Shown here: piece after piece, positions 27,385-35,746 of the stretch
Numbering within the stretch: the stretch's first letter is position 1
Layout of the letters: every line of letters starts with the position of its first letter
Made by a program: the position numbers and the translations under genes
Assembly: GCA_042216525.1 (NCBI GenBank)
Contig: JBDGTT010000023.1
Coordinates: 22,812 to 86,811 of the forward strand
Source: Halobacteriaceae archaeon
GTDB lineage: Archaea > Halobacteriota > Halobacteria > Halobacteriales > Halobacteriaceae
Direction: 5' to 3'
Length of the DNA: 64,000 nt
Notes under the pieces: generated by a model
What the model saw: the letters and a program-made list of their open reading frames with translations, nothing else
What the model was told of the DNA's origin: nothing
Database searches by the model: none

Positions 27385-27600
27385 ATGTCAGACGAGGGGG
27401 AGGAGCTGTCGCTTGGCGACCTCCACGAGCGCAATCGACCGCCCGAGACGACGCCGGTCGCGGTTCGCCTCCCCGACCCGCTCCTGGCCGACCTCGACGC
27501 GTACTGGCGCGAGCGGGGGTACGACACCCGCAGCGAGTTCGTCCGCGAGGTCCTGCGGTACGTGGCAGACAACCCCGAGGAGTTCGGGGACCTCCGGTAG
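27385..27600 (+). CDS. Ribbon-helix-helix (CopG-type) domain protein
   Basis: 71-aa ORF. VAVRLPDPLLADLDAYWRERGYDTRSEFVREVLRYV fits the RHH pattern. Confidence 0.7.
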   Translation: MSDEGEELSLGDLHERNRPPETTPVAVRLPDPLLADLDAYWRERGYDTRSEFVREVLRYVADNPEEFGDLR

Positions 27601-27643
27601 CCGGGGGCGGGGCAGTTAAGAAACACCGCCCCCAGGGGCGACC

Positions 27644-28471
27644 ATGACCACGACCGAGGCGACGCGGTTCGCCGTCGCCGAACGCGCGGCCCGTGCGGGC
27701 GGCGACCTCGCTCACACCCGGTACCGAACCGGCATCGACGTCGAGACGAAGCGACACAAGACCGACGTCGTGACCCAGGCCGACCGTGACGCACAGGAGC
27801 GGGTGACCGAAGTCATCCACGCGTCGTTCCCCGGCGAGACGGTGGTGGGCGAGGAGGGCGACGGTCCCGTGACGGTGCCCGCGTCGGGACCGGCGTGGGT
27901 CGTCGACCCCATCGACGGCACCGCCAACTACGTCCGGAACACCCCGACGTGGGCGTGTTCGGTGGCCGCCGTCGTCGACGGGCGGACCGTCGCGGCCGCG
28001 AACGTCATGCCGGCGCTGGGCGACGTCTTCCTCGCCGGGCCCGACGGAGCGACGCTCGGTGGCGAACCGCTCTCGGTCAGCGTGCGGACGGACCCGGAGA
28101 CGTTCGCCGTCGTCCCGACGATGTACTGGGGGCGCGAGCGGCGCGCGGAGTACGCGGCCGCCTGCCGGGCGACCGTCGAGCGGTTCGGGGACCTCCGGCG
28201 GTGGGGCTGTGGGCAGGCCGAACTCTCGATGGTCGCGGCCGGGATGATCGAGGGCGCACTCACGAACGTCAGCCCGAACCCGTGGGACACGGTGGCCGGC
28301 GCGAAACTGATTCGCGAGGCCGGCGGCGTGGTGACCGACGTCCACGGCGAGCGGTGGACGCCCGACGCGGAGGGGCTGATCGCCTCGAACGGGACCGCTC
28401 ACGGGGCGTTCCTCGACGCGGCGGCCGAGATCCGGGCGGCCGCGAGGGGCGGCGACGGGCGAGCGGACTGA
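27644..28471 (+). CDS. Inositol monophosphatase / FBPase-type (IMPase family) phosphatase
   Basis: 275-aa ORF. Motifs GEEG, WVVDPIDGTANY and WDTVAG. Confidence 0.88.
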   Translation: MTTTEATRFAVAERAARAGGDLAHTRYRTGIDVETKRHKTDVVTQADRDAQERVTEVIHASFPGETVVGEEGDGPVTVPASGPAWVVDPIDGTANYVRNTPTWACSVAAVVDGRTVAAANVMPALGDVFLAGPDGATLGGEPLSVSVRTDPETFAVVPTMYWGRERRAEYAAACRATVERFGDLRRWGCGQAELSMVAAGMIEGALTNVSPNPWDTVAGAKLIREAGGVVTDVHGERWTPDAEGLIASNGTAHGAFLDAAAEIRAAARGGDGRAD

Positions 28472-28524
28472 GCGCTCGCTCGCCGGACCGCAACGCTGAA
28501 ACGCCGCCACTCGCAGGTGCAGGT

Positions 28525-29655
28525 ATGCAGCTGGAAGTCGACGCGGAGCGAGCGTGGGTCGGAGGCGTCCTGGCCGCAGTCGCCGCGCTCGTCGCCGGGT
28601 CGCTCGCCTTCCCCCGAGCGGTGTACGCCGAGTTCGTCTGGCACTACTTCTGGGGACCGGTGTACGCAGACGCGTTCGGCGCCTCGTGTGCCGCCTGGGA
28701 CGGGGGCGCGCGGACGCTCCACTACGGCGCCGACGCCTGTGCCAGCGCGGCCCAACCGGTCGCCTATCCGGGGTACACGCTCGTCTCCGAGGTGGGGTAC
28801 ATGGTCACGCTGGTGGTGGCGATCGCCGGCGTCGTGCTGTTGCTCCGTCGCCTCGACGTCGGGGAGGACCGGGGCCTGTTCTACGCGCTGTTCCCGTTCA
28901 TGTTCTTCGGGGGCGTCCTCCGGGTGGCCCAGGACGTGATGGACGCCGCGCGCGCGGCCGACGCCGCCGTCGCCATCGGGTACCCCTGGAACACGCTCAT
29001 CATCAGCCCGCTCATCTACTTCACCGTCTTCGTGCTGACGCTCGGGGCCCTGGTGGGGGCGGTCTGGCTGGCGCGGACGGACCGGGTCGAGCGCTACGAG
29101 TACCCCCTGTTCGGGGCGGGCACCGTCCTGCTCGCACTGACGGTGGTCTACCTGCTCTGGCTGTCGGTGACGACCGACTACGTCGGCTTCTACCCGCAGA
29201 TAACCGTCCTGACGCTCGCCATCGCGACGGTCCTCGCCTGGGGGACGTGGCGGCTGGCGAGCAGGTACGTCCCGGACCTCAACGGCGGCACCGGCTACGC
29301 CGGACTCCTCATCATCTGGGGACACGCCGTCGACGGCACCGCGAACGTCGTCGGCCTCGACTGGGGCGCCGAACTGGGGTTGCCGTACGGCGACCTGGTC
29401 CCCAAGCACCCGGTCAATCGCCTCGTCATCGACGTGACCCAGGCGGTGCTCCCCCAGTCGGTCATCGCCGTCGTCGGGGACGCGTGGCCGTTCCTCGTCC
29501 TGAAACTCGCCGTCGCCGTCGGCGCCGTGTGGCTGTTCGACGCCGAGATCTACGAAGAGAGCCCGCGGTACACGGTCCTCCTCCTCGTGGCGGTCCTCGC
29601 GGTCGGTCTCGGCCCGGGCACGCGGGACATGGTCCGGGCGACGCTGGGCGTCTGA
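28525..29655 (+). CDS. DUF63-family integral membrane protein
   Basis: C-terminal 376 aa of track ORF 27895..29655 (MQLEVDAERAWVGG...). Multiple TM helices and the WGHAVDGTANVVGLDW motif. Confidence 0.75.
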   Translation: MQLEVDAERAWVGGVLAAVAALVAGSLAFPRAVYAEFVWHYFWGPVYADAFGASCAAWDGGARTLHYGADACASAAQPVAYPGYTLVSEVGYMVTLVVAIAGVVLLLRRLDVGEDRGLFYALFPFMFFGGVLRVAQDVMDAARAADAAVAIGYPWNTLIISPLIYFTVFVLTLGALVGAVWLARTDRVERYEYPLFGAGTVLLALTVVYLLWLSVTTDYVGFYPQITVLTLAIATVLAWGTWRLASRYVPDLNGGTGYAGLLIIWGHAVDGTANVVGLDWGAELGLPYGDLVPKHPVNRLVIDVTQAVLPQSVIAVVGDAWPFLVLKLAVAVGAVWLFDAEIYEESPRYTVLLLVAVLAVGLGPGTRDMVRATLGV

Positions 29656-29665
29656 CCCGACCCGC

Positions 29666-31366
29666 TCAGGGGTAGGGGTGGAAGGGGCGGTCGAGGCGCG
29701 ACTCGAAGCCCAGGTCCGCGGGGACCGTCCGCGCGCGCTCCCCGAAGTATGGCTCGTCGACGAACAGCGGTTGTGCCGCCGGGACGAGTACGCGGACCGC
29801 CTCGAAGCCGAGGCGAGCCACGTCCCGCGTGGTCAGGCGCGCCGCGTAGGCCGACAGGCCGGCCGCGTCGACCCGGTCGAGGAGGGCGTCGACGGCCGCC
29901 GCCCCTGTCGGCGGCGCCTCGGGACCGACCGTCGCCGCCGGGACCGTCGCCGCGGGGTCGACGAGGGCCCGCGCCGCCTCGGGGAAGTCGGCGTACCGAC
30001 CGATGGCCCCGCTCTCCGCCGCGGCCGCCTCGGGACCCATCGCCCGGAGTTCCATCCAGTTCTGGAGCGCCTCGGCCGCGGCGCGGGTCGCGGCCCGCCC
30101 GGCGTCGAGGTCGGCCGCCGACCCGACCGCGAACCGCGGCCACTCGCCCTCCCGGTGGACGGCGACGGTCACGACCGGCACGTCGACGTCCTGCGTGACG
30201 AGCACGGGCGTCACCGTGAGGTCCTCCGACCGGGCGCGCGCGGCGAGCGACCGGAAGTGCTCGTCGTCGACGGTCAGGCCGAGCGGGTCGTACGTCGAGT
30301 ACCACGCGAGCATCGTCGCGTCGCGCTCTATCACCTCCGTCAGTCCGGCGCGGAGGGCCTCGTCGACCGAGTTTCCCAGGCCGAGGCCGGTCGTGATGGC
30401 CGGGCGGTGGGTCTCCGCCGGCGGCGGGAAGTGGACGAACTCCGCCGGGAGGTGGACCGACTCGTCCGCGTGGAGGTCGGTCCCCGGGACCCACGCGACG
30501 TCCCCGTCCGCCGGCGCGTCGTCCGGGCGGACGAACCGCGCTGGTGCCACCGGGTCGGTCACGTCGCCGCGCGCGAACTCGTCGGTCCGGTAGACGGCCG
30601 CCGCGTACCGCTCGAGGGCCTCACCGACCGCCTTGACGTAGGCGCGGTCCCAGTCGGCGTCGACGCCGGCCGCGGCCTCCCCGACGGCGGCGTCGCTGAA
30701 CCCGTCCGTCGCGGCGAGCGTCGCGAGGTAGTACGGCGTCGGGTAGGACTCGCGCTCGCCGACGGCGGTGACGAGACCGACCCGCGGGTCGACCGCCGCG
30801 TCGACCCGGGACACCGCGTCATCGAGGTCGACGTCCCGGAAGCCGCGTTCGAGCGTGCGGTCCCGACCCGCGTCACAGACCGGACAGTCGGGGACCGGCA
30901 GGAACGTCCGACGGGTCCCGGGCACCTCGACGACGCTGCCGGCCACGGCCTCACCGTGGAGCGCTCTGGTCGCCTCCCGACCGGCGAGGGCGCCCGCGAA
31001 CCGGACGTCCGCGCGGGGGGCCGACGGGTCGACCGGTTCCGGGTCCGTCGCGGCCGCGACCCGCAGGCCGAGACAGCGGTGACAGCCCGCCTCCGGACCG
31101 AACCCGGCGACGGAGGCGGTCACCTCCGCGAGCGGATGGCCGCCGACGCCCCCTACCTCGACCGCCAGCCACGGGACGCCCGCCTCGACGGCGAGGGCGT
31201 TCGCGCGCTCGAAGCCGTCGCTGCCGGCGAGGCCGACGACGACGCCCAGGTCCGCGTCCGGGAGCGCCTCGAGGCCGGTCAGTACCTCCTCGTCGGCGTC
31301 CGCGAGAGCGGTCCGGACCGCCTCGACGGCGACTCCCTCGCCGGCGACGGCGACGCTCACGGCCAC
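29666..31366 (-). CDS. E1-like (four-Cys) N-terminal domain fused to a YcaO-domain ATP-dependent cyclodehydratase-type enzyme
   Basis: Track ORF 29666..31480 starts at a TTG, and its first 38 aa are Arg/Pro/Ser-rich junk that overlaps the upstream gene. I take GTG at 31366 (VAVSVAVAGEG...). It has GCHRC...CPVC Cys pairs, the YcaO core (GLGNSVDEALRAGLTEVIERDATMLAWY) and a proline-rich C-terminus ...RLDRPFHPYP. Confidence 0.8.
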   Translation of the reverse strand: MAVSVAVAGEGVAVEAVRTALADADEEVLTGLEALPDADLGVVVGLAGSDGFERANALAVEAGVPWLAVEVGGVGGHPLAEVTASVAGFGPEAGCHRCLGLRVAAATDPEPVDPSAPRADVRFAGALAGREATRALHGEAVAGSVVEVPGTRRTFLPVPDCPVCDAGRDRTLERGFRDVDLDDAVSRVDAAVDPRVGLVTAVGERESYPTPYYLATLAATDGFSDAAVGEAAAGVDADWDRAYVKAVGEALERYAAAVYRTDEFARGDVTDPVAPARFVRPDDAPADGDVAWVPGTDLHADESVHLPAEFVHFPPPAETHRPAITTGLGLGNSVDEALRAGLTEVIERDATMLAWYSTYDPLGLTVDDEHFRSLAARARSEDLTVTPVLVTQDVDVPVVTVAVHREGEWPRFAVGSAADLDAGRAATRAAAEALQNWMELRAMGPEAAAAESGAIGRYADFPEAARALVDPAATVPAATVGPEAPPTGAAAVDALLDRVDAAGLSAYAARLTTRDVARLGFEAVRVLVPAAQPLFVDEPYFGERARTVPADLGFESRLDRPFHPYP

Positions 31367-31454
31367 GGCCCCCCTGCTGTCGGGTTCGACGCGAGATAGC
31401 GCATGGCTCGGCAGAGGGCGGGGGGTGGGAAAAGCGCGGCGCTCCGGCGGCCGG

Positions 31455-32279
31455 TCAGGACGCGAGCACCGACTGGGCAACGCTCGCGAGTTCGCCCGCG
31501 TCGGCGTCCTGCAGGCGCTCGTCGGCCAGTTTCAGGCGCAGGCGGGGCCGGCCGACGTCGATGGGGACCTTCTCGGTGTCGATGAGGCCGGTGTCCTCGA
31601 GGCGGGTCTTGGTCCGCGAGAACGTCGCCTTGCTCGCGATGCCGACGTCTTCGCCCCACTTGCTCACGTCGTAGAGCAGGACCCGGTTCTTCGCGGCGAC
31701 GAGGAGGCTGATGGTCACCTCGTCGAGGCCGTCGCCGTCGCCGCGGGCCGTCCCCAGCGACTGGAGCATCCCCTCGAAGTCGGCGCGCGCGTCCGGGCCG
31801 ATGCTCTCGGACAGCGTCGCCTCGACCCGGGAGAGCGGCGGCGTCCGGAGGGAGAACTCGGTGGCCTCGGCCCACGCCTCGTCGTAGGCGTCGTTGACCG
31901 CTGCGACGAACGGCCGGTCCTCGGAGACGAGGCCGCCGACGACGTCACCGGCGGACACGAGTGCGTAGACCGCGTCCGAACCGACGAGCAGGGCGTTCCG
32001 CGGGAGGTCCGGGGCCACCCGGAACTCGAGCTGGCCGTCCTCGACGAGGTCGGCCGCCCGACTCGCGACGACGAAGTCTCCCGTCACGTCCTTGAGGAGG
32101 CGTTCCTCGGCCAGCACCCGAATCCGGGGGACCTCCGCCGGGTCCCGGGTGGACGCGACCTCGACCAGCGTCTCGATGTCGTCGGCGCCGAGGTTCACCG
32201 CCAGGACCGAGTCCGGACACGCGTCGAGGACGTCGGAGACGACCCCCGCGGTCCGCGCCCCACGTAAATTCGATGGCAT
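31455..32279 (-). CDS. Haloarchaeal winged-helix transcription regulator (possibly TbsP-like)
   Basis: Track ORF 31455..32291 has a GTG start. ATG at 32279 gives MPSNLRGA... The C-terminal wHTH-like block is DEVTISLLVAAKNRVLLYDVSKWGEDVGIASKATFSRTKTRLEDTGLI. The TbsP name is from memory of similar haloarchaeal proteins and is unverified. Confidence 0.7.
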   Translation of the reverse strand: MPSNLRGARTAGVVSDVLDACPDSVLAVNLGADDIETLVEVASTRDPAEVPRIRVLAEERLLKDVTGDFVVASRAADLVEDGQLEFRVAPDLPRNALLVGSDAVYALVSAGDVVGGLVSEDRPFVAAVNDAYDEAWAEATEFSLRTPPLSRVEATLSESIGPDARADFEGMLQSLGTARGDGDGLDEVTISLLVAAKNRVLLYDVSKWGEDVGIASKATFSRTKTRLEDTGLIDTEKVPIDVGRPRLRLKLADERLQDADAGELASVAQSVLAS

Positions 32280-32358
32280 TCGTACAAACACTAAGGTTCA
32301 CCCGGTTATTTAATTTTACCGTGTGATCGGCGTTTAATCGGCTGCCGCGCGACTGACG

Positions 32359-34350
32359 TCAGATCGCCGCTGCCAGGTCCTCCGGCCAGTAGAAGGTCCC
32401 CTCGTAGATCACGGGTCCGGGACCGGCCTCGAGGTAGCGCCTGACCGTCTCCCGGTCGAGCGTGAACGTCGCCTCGTCGCCACAGACGTGGATGCGCTCG
32501 TTGCCCGGGATCGGCGGCCGGAAGTACGACCCGGTGGTCCAGTCGTGGGCGGCCTCGCAGGTCACCCGGAAGCGGTCGCCGTCGGCTTCGACGCGGGTCA
32601 CCAGCGGGGGCGTCGAGTCGCGGGTGAGCGCGTGGGTGCCGTCGCCGACGACGGCGTAGTCTTTGCCCATCATGATGCGCCGGCGGGCCAGCCGAATCGC
32701 GCGCTCGAAGCTGAAGCCGCGGACCGCGAGACGGGCGAACGTCTCGCCCACCGTCCGGGCCTGCTCGTCGAGAACCTTCCGGAAGGTGACGGCGCCGGCA
32801 ACGCTCCCCTTGCGGAGCAGGTCCAGCCCCTCGTAGTAGGACCCGCAGGCGTTCAGGAAGAAGGTCCGAACGCCGCTCTCAGCGAGGTCCGCGGCCGCGA
32901 GGGTGCCGTCCGCACAGACCAGGCCACCCGTCTCGCAGTGACCGATGTAGTGGAGGTGGTCCACGCCAGACTCGACGATGTTCGCGAGACGACGCGTGGA
33001 GACGTCCGCGTACCGCCGAACGTCGACCGACGCGACCGTCCCGTGGGTCCGGTAGGCGGCGGCGACGTCGTCGTCCTCGCCGGCCATCGCCGCGTCGTTG
33101 AGCACGACGGCCACCGTCAGCGGGTCCTCGGACCGCCCGGCGTAGGCGAGGCGGTTCTCGTAGGCCGCCGGGACGGCCTTGAACACGTCGATGGGCGTCT
33201 CGGGGCCGAGCCACCCGTGGACGCGACCGGGTTCGAGGTCGGGTTTCACCACTTCGACGGCCGGGACGTCCCCGCGGTAGAACTCGTCGAGCGAGCGCTC
33301 CATCAGTTCCCGTCCCGGGAGGTCCGTCGTCGCCGACGGGTAGACCAGCGCCAGCCTGTCGAGGAGGTAGGGCAGTGCCACGGCGGTGCGAGCCGAGGGC
33401 TCGGCGTGGACGACGAGGTGCCACGTCGGCACGTCGTCCACCAGGCGGTCGAACGGGACGTCGGCGTACCGACGGAGGCGCGTCGCCACGTCCGCGTCCG
33501 CGACGGCCTCCGGGTCGAGACCGACCGCCGCCAGGCGGTCCGCTCCGGCGAGCGACGCGCCGAAGACGTCCGTCCCGTGGACAAGGGCGTCGAGCCAGAA
33601 CGTCCGGCGGAGCAGCGCCGGGGCCGCGTCGGTCACGGGGTCGAGCGGGAAGACGCGCCCGTCGGCCTCGACGACCGGGTCGGCGCCGGGCGCCGTCTCG
33701 ACGCGCGCGCCGAGGTAGTACGCGAGGGGGGCGGCGGCGAAGAGCGCCTCGTACTGCGGCGGGAGGCGAACCGTGACGCCGGTCCCCGGGTCCGGCGGGT
33801 CGACACCGGCGGCCTCGTCGAAGGCGAACCGCGGGGGATGCGGGCGCGTCCAGGGGCGGACCCGCTCCGGGCCCGTCGCGGTCGACGTCGCCGCCGCGTG
33901 GGTGAGGGCCGCGGCGAGTCCGCGGGGAGACGGCGGGACCGTCACCGTCTTCGCGGGGAGGCTGACGCGACTCCGGAAGCCGAGTCGGACCGGCGCGCTG
34001 TCGGGGAACGCCACGCGGGCCCAGTCGCCGCCACAGCGCGCGGTCGCGGGCCCGGAGAACCTGGCGGTGACGTCGATGTTGGCGTCCACCTCGAGTGCGA
34101 ACGTCCCCGTTCCCAGGGACGCGGCCGCGGGCCCGAGCGTGGTCGTGTTGCCCGTGTCGAGGTCCGTCACCGTCGCCAGCGGGGAGGGGACGGCGAAGTG
34201 ACTCGCCGACCCGCTGACGACGACGTCGGGCCCCCCGGTCGGATTCCGCCGCACCGAGCCGTGGGACCAGTCCCGCGCTCGCACCCGGAGGGCCACTCCC
34301 TCCGGGTCGCGGACGCGGACCCCCGAGTCCGAGACCCCACAGGTGAGCAC
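32359..34350 (-). CDS. Large hypothetical protein with C-terminal CHAT/caspase-like His-Cys domain
   Basis: 663-aa ORF with a GTG start at 34350. An AATTATGTA TATA-like box lies about 23-35 nt upstream. The C-terminal region has VDHLHYIGHCETGG (His) and about 35 aa later TFFLNACGSYYEG (Cys), matching the caspase/CHAT dyad pattern. No signal peptide or TM segment was seen. Confidence 0.6.
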   Translation of the reverse strand: MLTCGVSDSGVRVRDPEGVALRVRARDWSHGSVRRNPTGGPDVVVSGSASHFAVPSPLATVTDLDTGNTTTLGPAAASLGTGTFALEVDANIDVTARFSGPATARCGGDWARVAFPDSAPVRLGFRSRVSLPAKTVTVPPSPRGLAAALTHAAATSTATGPERVRPWTRPHPPRFAFDEAAGVDPPDPGTGVTVRLPPQYEALFAAAPLAYYLGARVETAPGADPVVEADGRVFPLDPVTDAAPALLRRTFWLDALVHGTDVFGASLAGADRLAAVGLDPEAVADADVATRLRRYADVPFDRLVDDVPTWHLVVHAEPSARTAVALPYLLDRLALVYPSATTDLPGRELMERSLDEFYRGDVPAVEVVKPDLEPGRVHGWLGPETPIDVFKAVPAAYENRLAYAGRSEDPLTVAVVLNDAAMAGEDDDVAAAYRTHGTVASVDVRRYADVSTRRLANIVESGVDHLHYIGHCETGGLVCADGTLAAADLAESGVRTFFLNACGSYYEGLDLLRKGSVAGAVTFRKVLDEQARTVGETFARLAVRGFSFERAIRLARRRIMMGKDYAVVGDGTHALTRDSTPPLVTRVEADGDRFRVTCEAAHDWTTGSYFRPPIPGNERIHVCGDEATFTLDRETVRRYLEAGPGPVIYEGTFYWPEDLAAAI

Positions 34351-34472
34351 GCCGACACACTACCGCGGCCCGATACATAATTCTGCCGTAAGACGCCGCT
34401 GAAATGAACACACGACGCGGTCGGGGCGCCGGGAACGGGAGGGCTTAAGCCTCGTCGCACGTGGGGTCCGAT

Positions 34473-35720
34473 ATGGACTACGACCGCGTCCGCGAGACCG
34501 ACCCGGCGGTCGCCGACGCCCTCGACGCCGAGCGCCGGCGCCAGCGAGACACGCTCGCGATGATCGCGAGCGAGAACCTCGCGAGCGAGGCGGTGCTGGA
34601 GGCCCAGGGCTCCGTCCTGACGAACAAGTACGCGGAAGGCTACCCCGGCAAGCGCTACTACGCGGGGTGTGAGAACGCCGACGAGGTGGAACGACTCGCG
34701 ATCGACCGGGCCCGGGAACTGTTCGGGGCCGAGCACGTCAACGTCCAGCCGCACAGCGGCACGCAGGCCAACATGGGCGTCTACTTCGCCGTCCTCGATC
34801 CGGGCGACAAGATCCTGTCGCTCGACCTGACCCACGGCGGCCACCTCTCGCACGGCCACCCGGCGAACTTCACGGGCCAGTACTACGAGGTCGAACAGTA
34901 CGAGGTCGACCCGGAGACCGGCTACATCGACTACGAGGACCTGGCCGACCAGGCCGCCGCGTTCGACCCCGACATCGTCGTCTCGGGCTACTCGGCGTAC
35001 CCCCGCGAGGTGGAGTGGGAGCGCATCCAGGCCGTCGCCGACGACGTCGGCGCCTACCACCTCGCCGACATCGCCCACATCACGGGGCTAGTCGCCGCGG
35101 GCGTCCACCCCTCGCCCGTGGGCGTCGCGGACTTCGTCACCGGCAGCACGCACAAGACCATCCGAGCGGGCCGGGGCGGCATCATCATGACGGGCGAGGA
35201 GCACGCCGACGCCGTGGACTCGGCCGTCTTCCCGGGTGCCCAGGGCGGGCCCCTGATGCACAACGTCGCCGGCAAGGCCGTCGGCTTCGCGGAGGCCCTC
35301 GAGCCGTCGTTCGAGGAGTACGCCAGACAGACCGTCGCGAACGCCCGCGCGCTCGGGGACCGCCTCGCCGACCACGGCTTCTCGCTCGTCTCGGGCGGGA
35401 CCGACAACCACCTCGTCCTCGTCGACCTCCGCGAGTCCCACCCCGACACGACCGGCGGCGAGGCCGAGGAGGCCCTCGAGGCCGCCGGCGTCGTCCTCAA
35501 CGCGAACACGGTGCCCGGCGAGACGCGGTCCGCGTTCAACCCCAGCGGCATCCGCGCCGGGACGCCGGCGCTCACCACTCGCGGCTTCGAGACGGCCGAG
35601 ATGGAGACGGTCGCAGACGTCATCGCCAGCGTCGTCGACGCGCCCGACGACGAGGCCGTCCGCGCGGAGGCCGCGGCGACGGTGGCGGACCTCTGCGATC
35701 GCCACCCCATCTACGAGTGA
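34473..35720 (+). CDS. glyA: Serine hydroxymethyltransferase
   Basis: Track ORF starts at GTG 34461. ATG at 34473 gives MDYDRVRETDPAVADAL... It has the PLP-Lys context TGSTHKTIRAGRGG. The CTTAAG box lies about 25 nt upstream. Confidence 0.95.
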   Translation: MDYDRVRETDPAVADALDAERRRQRDTLAMIASENLASEAVLEAQGSVLTNKYAEGYPGKRYYAGCENADEVERLAIDRARELFGAEHVNVQPHSGTQANMGVYFAVLDPGDKILSLDLTHGGHLSHGHPANFTGQYYEVEQYEVDPETGYIDYEDLADQAAAFDPDIVVSGYSAYPREVEWERIQAVADDVGAYHLADIAHITGLVAAGVHPSPVGVADFVTGSTHKTIRAGRGGIIMTGEEHADAVDSAVFPGAQGGPLMHNVAGKAVGFAEALEPSFEEYARQTVANARALGDRLADHGFSLVSGGTDNHLVLVDLRESHPDTTGGEAEEALEAAGVVLNANTVPGETRSAFNPSGIRAGTPALTTRGFETAEMETVADVIASVVDAPDDEAVRAEAAATVADLCDRHPIYE

Positions 35721-35746
35721 GCGGGTGGTGACCCCCTGCGCCGGGG

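Noticed and set aside
26966-27600. I asked whether the tandem RHH genes are the cell-division regulators cdrL/cdrS.
   Set aside because: The defining context (ftsZ2 immediately downstream) is absent, since the next gene is an IMPase-family phosphatase. Sequence identity cannot be judged without a search.
31367-31480. The track start (TTG at 31480) of the YcaO ORF, which would overlap the upstream regulator gene by 26 nt.
   Set aside because: The first 38 codons translate to Arg/Pro/Ser-rich sequence (MPSRCSRPDRPPERRAFPTPRPLPSHALSR...) and span a T-tract terminator-like site. A GTG at 31366 with a TATA-like box about 30 nt upstream is more plausible. I also looked here for a RiPP precursor ORF and found none.
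34442-34451. Perfect 10-nt palindrome GGCTTAAGCC upstream of glyA, considered as a possible operator.
   Set aside because: Its CTTAAG core sits about 25-30 nt upstream of the ATG, where a TATA box is expected. Similar CTTAAG boxes precede hflX and the sRNA candidate. The simplest reading is a promoter element.
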